From positions 1-16,216 of the IMG/VR virus record IMGVR_UViG_2778261420_000018: 16,216 bases of DNA; one strand, 5' to 3'. The notes under the pieces are model-generated. The model had not been told where the DNA came from, ran no database searches, and worked only from the letters and a program-made list of their open reading frames with translations. Position numbers and translations under genes: made by a program. Positions 14,210 through 16,216 of this stretch are shown here, in pieces. Source of the stretch: a virus (taxonomy: Duplodnaviria > Heunggongvirae > Uroviricota > Caudoviricetes). Within the stretch, counting starts at the first letter, position 1. The number at the start of each line of letters is the position of its first letter.

Positions 14210-14452
14210 ATGTTCGCTTTGATTAATCAGGGACAACTGTATACCGACAATGCCGGTTACCCGGTAAAAATTGTTCGCTGCATAAACAACACTGTGTTGT
14301 ACAGAAGAATGGATGGGCGAACACAGTCAGTAAAAATAAACGATTTCAATGAACTGTTTGAACGGATTGATCACCAGGAATACCGACAAATTCTGGCAGA
14401 AACAGAGCAGGAAGCTCATCTGAAAAAATTACGGGCCATGAAAAGGAAGTAA
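14210..14452 (+). CDS. Hypothetical small protein (80 aa; MFALINQGQLYTDNAGYPVKIVRCINNTVLYRRMDGRTQSVKINDF...)
   Basis: GGAGA SD 4 nt before the ATG at 14210. The ORF-track upstream extension to 14087 overlaps the previous gene and lacks an SD. Confidence 0.55.
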   Translation: MFALINQGQLYTDNAGYPVKIVRCINNTVLYRRMDGRTQSVKINDFNELFERIDHQEYRQILAETEQEAHLKKLRAMKRK

Positions 14453-14455
14453 AGA

Positions 14456-14602
14456 ATGAATAAAGCGTTTGAGCTATGGGTGCGCCAGCGTTACGGCAAT
14501 CGCTATGACCTGACGCGAGATGTTGACGGCTTCTACTGTCGTGAAATTGTGAAACGAATGTTTGAAGTGTGGTGCCACTGCCGTGGGCTGAGTGTTGTGT
14601 GA
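14456..14602 (+). CDS. Small ORF (48 aa; MNKAFELWVRQRYGNRYDLTRDVDGFYCREIVKRMFEVWCHCRGLSVV), Cys/His-containing
   Basis: Not in the ORF track; AAGGAAG SD 8 nt before the ATG at 14456; fills the gap before the xis-like gene. Confidence 0.4.
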   Translation: MNKAFELWVRQRYGNRYDLTRDVDGFYCREIVKRMFEVWCHCRGLSVV

Positions 14603-14610
14603 GGTAATGT

Positions 14611-14847
14611 ATGAGCAATGTGATTCAACTGGCTCCCAATGAATGGGTTTGTGAAAGCGTTCTTATCGCAATTACCGGGCTCAAACCAGGCACAATTCTT
14701 CGGGCCCGGAAAGAATGCTGGATGGTTGGAAGAGAGTATATTCACGTATCACCAGACGGTAATCCAAAGCCTTCCAGTGAATGTATGTATAACAGAAAAG
14801 CAATAGATGCCTGGGTCGCCTCAATGAAAAACAAACAACCCAGGTGA
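14611..14847 (+). CDS. Excisionase-like protein (Xis / AlpA-type winged helix), 78 aa
   Basis: Small gene immediately upstream of int; ITGLKPGTILRARKE resembles the HTH of AlpA/Xis-type excisionases; GAGGT SD. Confidence 0.6.
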   Translation: MSNVIQLAPNEWVCESVLIAITGLKPGTILRARKECWMVGREYIHVSPDGNPKPSSECMYNRKAIDAWVASMKNKQPR

Positions 14848-14902
14848 TTTAATATCATGAAATATGTAAGCTCGTATCGCTCTTGGGCGTCTGGAGGTAT
14901 CA

Positions 14903-16216
14903 ATGGATAAAGTCAAATATCCAACAGGCGTCGAAAACCACGGCGGCACATTACGCATCTGGTTTAATTTTAAAGGTAAACGTGTCAGGGAAAATCTTGG
15001 TGTCCCTGACACTGCCAAGAACAGGAAGATCGCCGGGGAACTGAGGACATCGGTATGTTTTGCCATCCGCACAGGAAGCTTTGATTATGCTGCACAGTTC
15101 CCTGACTCCCCCAACCTTCAGGCTTTTGGGGTAAGTAAAAAAGAAATTACGGTGAAGGAACTTGAAGAAAAGTGGCTGGATCTGAAACGAATGGAAATCT
15201 CTGCAAATGCATTCAATCGCTATGAATCCGTTGCAAGAACGATGGTTCCGAAAATTGGAGGCAGCAGACTGGTGTCATCGGTAACCAAAGAGGAATTGCT
15301 GTATATCAGGAAAGATTTACTGACCGGGTGTCAGAATTCAACGAAAAACAAAGCAGCAGCAAAAGGACGGAGCGTCGTTACTGTAAATTATTACATGACA
15401 ACTATCGCTGGAATGTTTCAGTTTGCTGCAGATCACGGTTACTTAGAAGCAAATCCCTTCCAGGGAATTAAGCCTCTTAAAAGAGCCAGGGCAGAGCCAG
15501 ATCCACTAACTCGTGACGAATTTATTCGCCTGATAGATGCTTGCCGACATCAGCAGACGAAAAACCTGTGGTCATTGGCTGTGTACACAGGAATGCGTCA
15601 CGGTGAACTGGTCTCCCTGGCCTGGGAGGATATCGATCTGAAAGCAGGAACTATTACTATCAGGCGCAATTATACGAAACTCAGTGAGTTCACTCTACCT
15701 AAAACTGAAGCAAGTACAAACAGGGTTGTGCATCTTATCCAGCCCGCTATCAGTGTCCTGAAAAATCAGGCTGAAATGACAAGACTGGGTAAGCAGCACC
15801 ACATCAAGGTTCAACTACGTGAATATGGGCGCTCAGTGAATCATGAATGTACTTTCGTATTTAACCCCCAGGTGGTTAGAAAAAGCAAACAGGTCGGTTT
15901 TATCTACAAGGTAGATTCTATTGGCGACTCATGGGAAACAGCCGTTAAGCGTGCGGGCATCAGGCACCGGAAAGCATACCAGTCACGACACACTTATGCG
16001 TGCTGGTCATTATCTGCCGGAGCAAACCCAAGCTTCATTGCCAGCCAGATGGGCCATGCAAGTGCCCAGATGGTATTCAATGTATACGGAGCATGGATGA
16101 CTGACAGTAATGCAGAACAGATCGCAATGCTGAATCAGAAGCTGGCAGATTATGTCCCAATGATGTCCCATGGTCACCAAAGTGACACAAGAGACTTATT
16201 AAAATCAGTGGGTTAG
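14903..16216 (+). CDS. int: Phage tyrosine integrase (site-specific recombinase), 437 aa; stop codon is the last codon of the window
   Basis: GGAGGT SD; catalytic-domain elements typical of tyrosine recombinases (GMRHGELVSLAWEDID, ...SRHTYACWSLSAGANPSFIASQMGHASAQMVFNVYGAW with the HxxR and terminal Y motifs). Confidence 0.9.
   Translation: MDKVKYPTGVENHGGTLRIWFNFKGKRVRENLGVPDTAKNRKIAGELRTSVCFAIRTGSFDYAAQFPDSPNLQAFGVSKKEITVKELEEKWLDLKRMEISANAFNRYESVARTMVPKIGGSRLVSSVTKEELLYIRKDLLTGCQNSTKNKAAAKGRSVVTVNYYMTTIAGMFQFAADHGYLEANPFQGIKPLKRARAEPDPLTRDEFIRLIDACRHQQTKNLWSLAVYTGMRHGELVSLAWEDIDLKAGTITIRRNYTKLSEFTLPKTEASTNRVVHLIQPAISVLKNQAEMTRLGKQHHIKVQLREYGRSVNHECTFVFNPQVVRKSKQVGFIYKVDSIGDSWETAVKRAGIRHRKAYQSRHTYACWSLSAGANPSFIASQMGHASAQMVFNVYGAWMTDSNAEQIAMLNQKLADYVPMMSHGHQSDTRDLLKSVG

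Larger units (their letters stand above)
1294..16216. mobile_element. Lambdoid prophage segment (Q-like antiterminator through integrase); left boundary of the element not determinable, right end probably just beyond the window
   Basis: Gene order and content: tyrosine integrase, excisionase-like, CI-like S24 repressor divergent from Cro-like, Rha, O-like/DnaC-like/DnaB-like replication genes, RusA, Q-like, with operon-style translational coupling. Confidence 0.8.

Noticed and set aside
11602-14745. Minus-strand and alternative-frame ORFs (11602..11808, 12003..12293, 12404..12688, 12709..12909, 12928..13143, 12960..13169 +, 13040..13228, 13640..13927, 14346..14618, 14533..14745) across the early-left operon
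   Set aside because: Antisense to a consistently plus-strand, translationally coupled operon; no SDs; Cys/Phe/Leu-rich out-of-frame-like translations.
14821-15072. 83-aa minus-strand ORF overlapping the integrase 5' end
   Set aside because: Antisense shadow ORF; the integrase frame has a strong SD and catalytic motifs.

Overview
The window reads as one arm of a lambdoid temperate prophage (enterobacterial style), running from the late-antiterminator region on the left to the integrase stop codon at the right edge (16216). All calls rest on reading the ORF translations and the DNA by eye; no searches were run.

Layout: (i) the minus strand carries a tightly coupled early-right operon, with ATGA/TTGA stop-start overlaps: Cro/YdaS-like HTH -> Rha -> three small unknown genes -> O-like replication initiator (with internal tandem repeats) -> DnaC-like loader -> DnaB-like helicase -> small gene -> DUF968-like Cys/His protein -> RusA resolvase -> Q-like antiterminator. 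(ii) A divergent CI-like repressor with an S24 (LexA-type) peptidase domain sits on the plus strand, ending in a strong intrinsic terminator. (iii) Immediately after it, at the position lambda uses for rexAB, is an AT-rich two-gene cassette with its own near-consensus sigma70 promoter. (iv) An early-left operon of small uncharacterised genes follows, with no recognisable N, exo/bet/gam or kil, ending in excisionase-like and tyrosine-integrase genes. (v) Downstream of Q, where lambdoid phages carry morons such as stx, there is a second AT-rich cassette (small protein plus multi-TM membrane protein) closed by its own terminator.

The two AT-rich cassettes (262-1293 and 10356-11138) are the best candidates for undescribed accessory or defence-type systems. 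No lysis or structural genes, tRNA, rRNA or CRISPR array were seen. Hand-derived coordinates of small motifs may be off by 1-2 nt.
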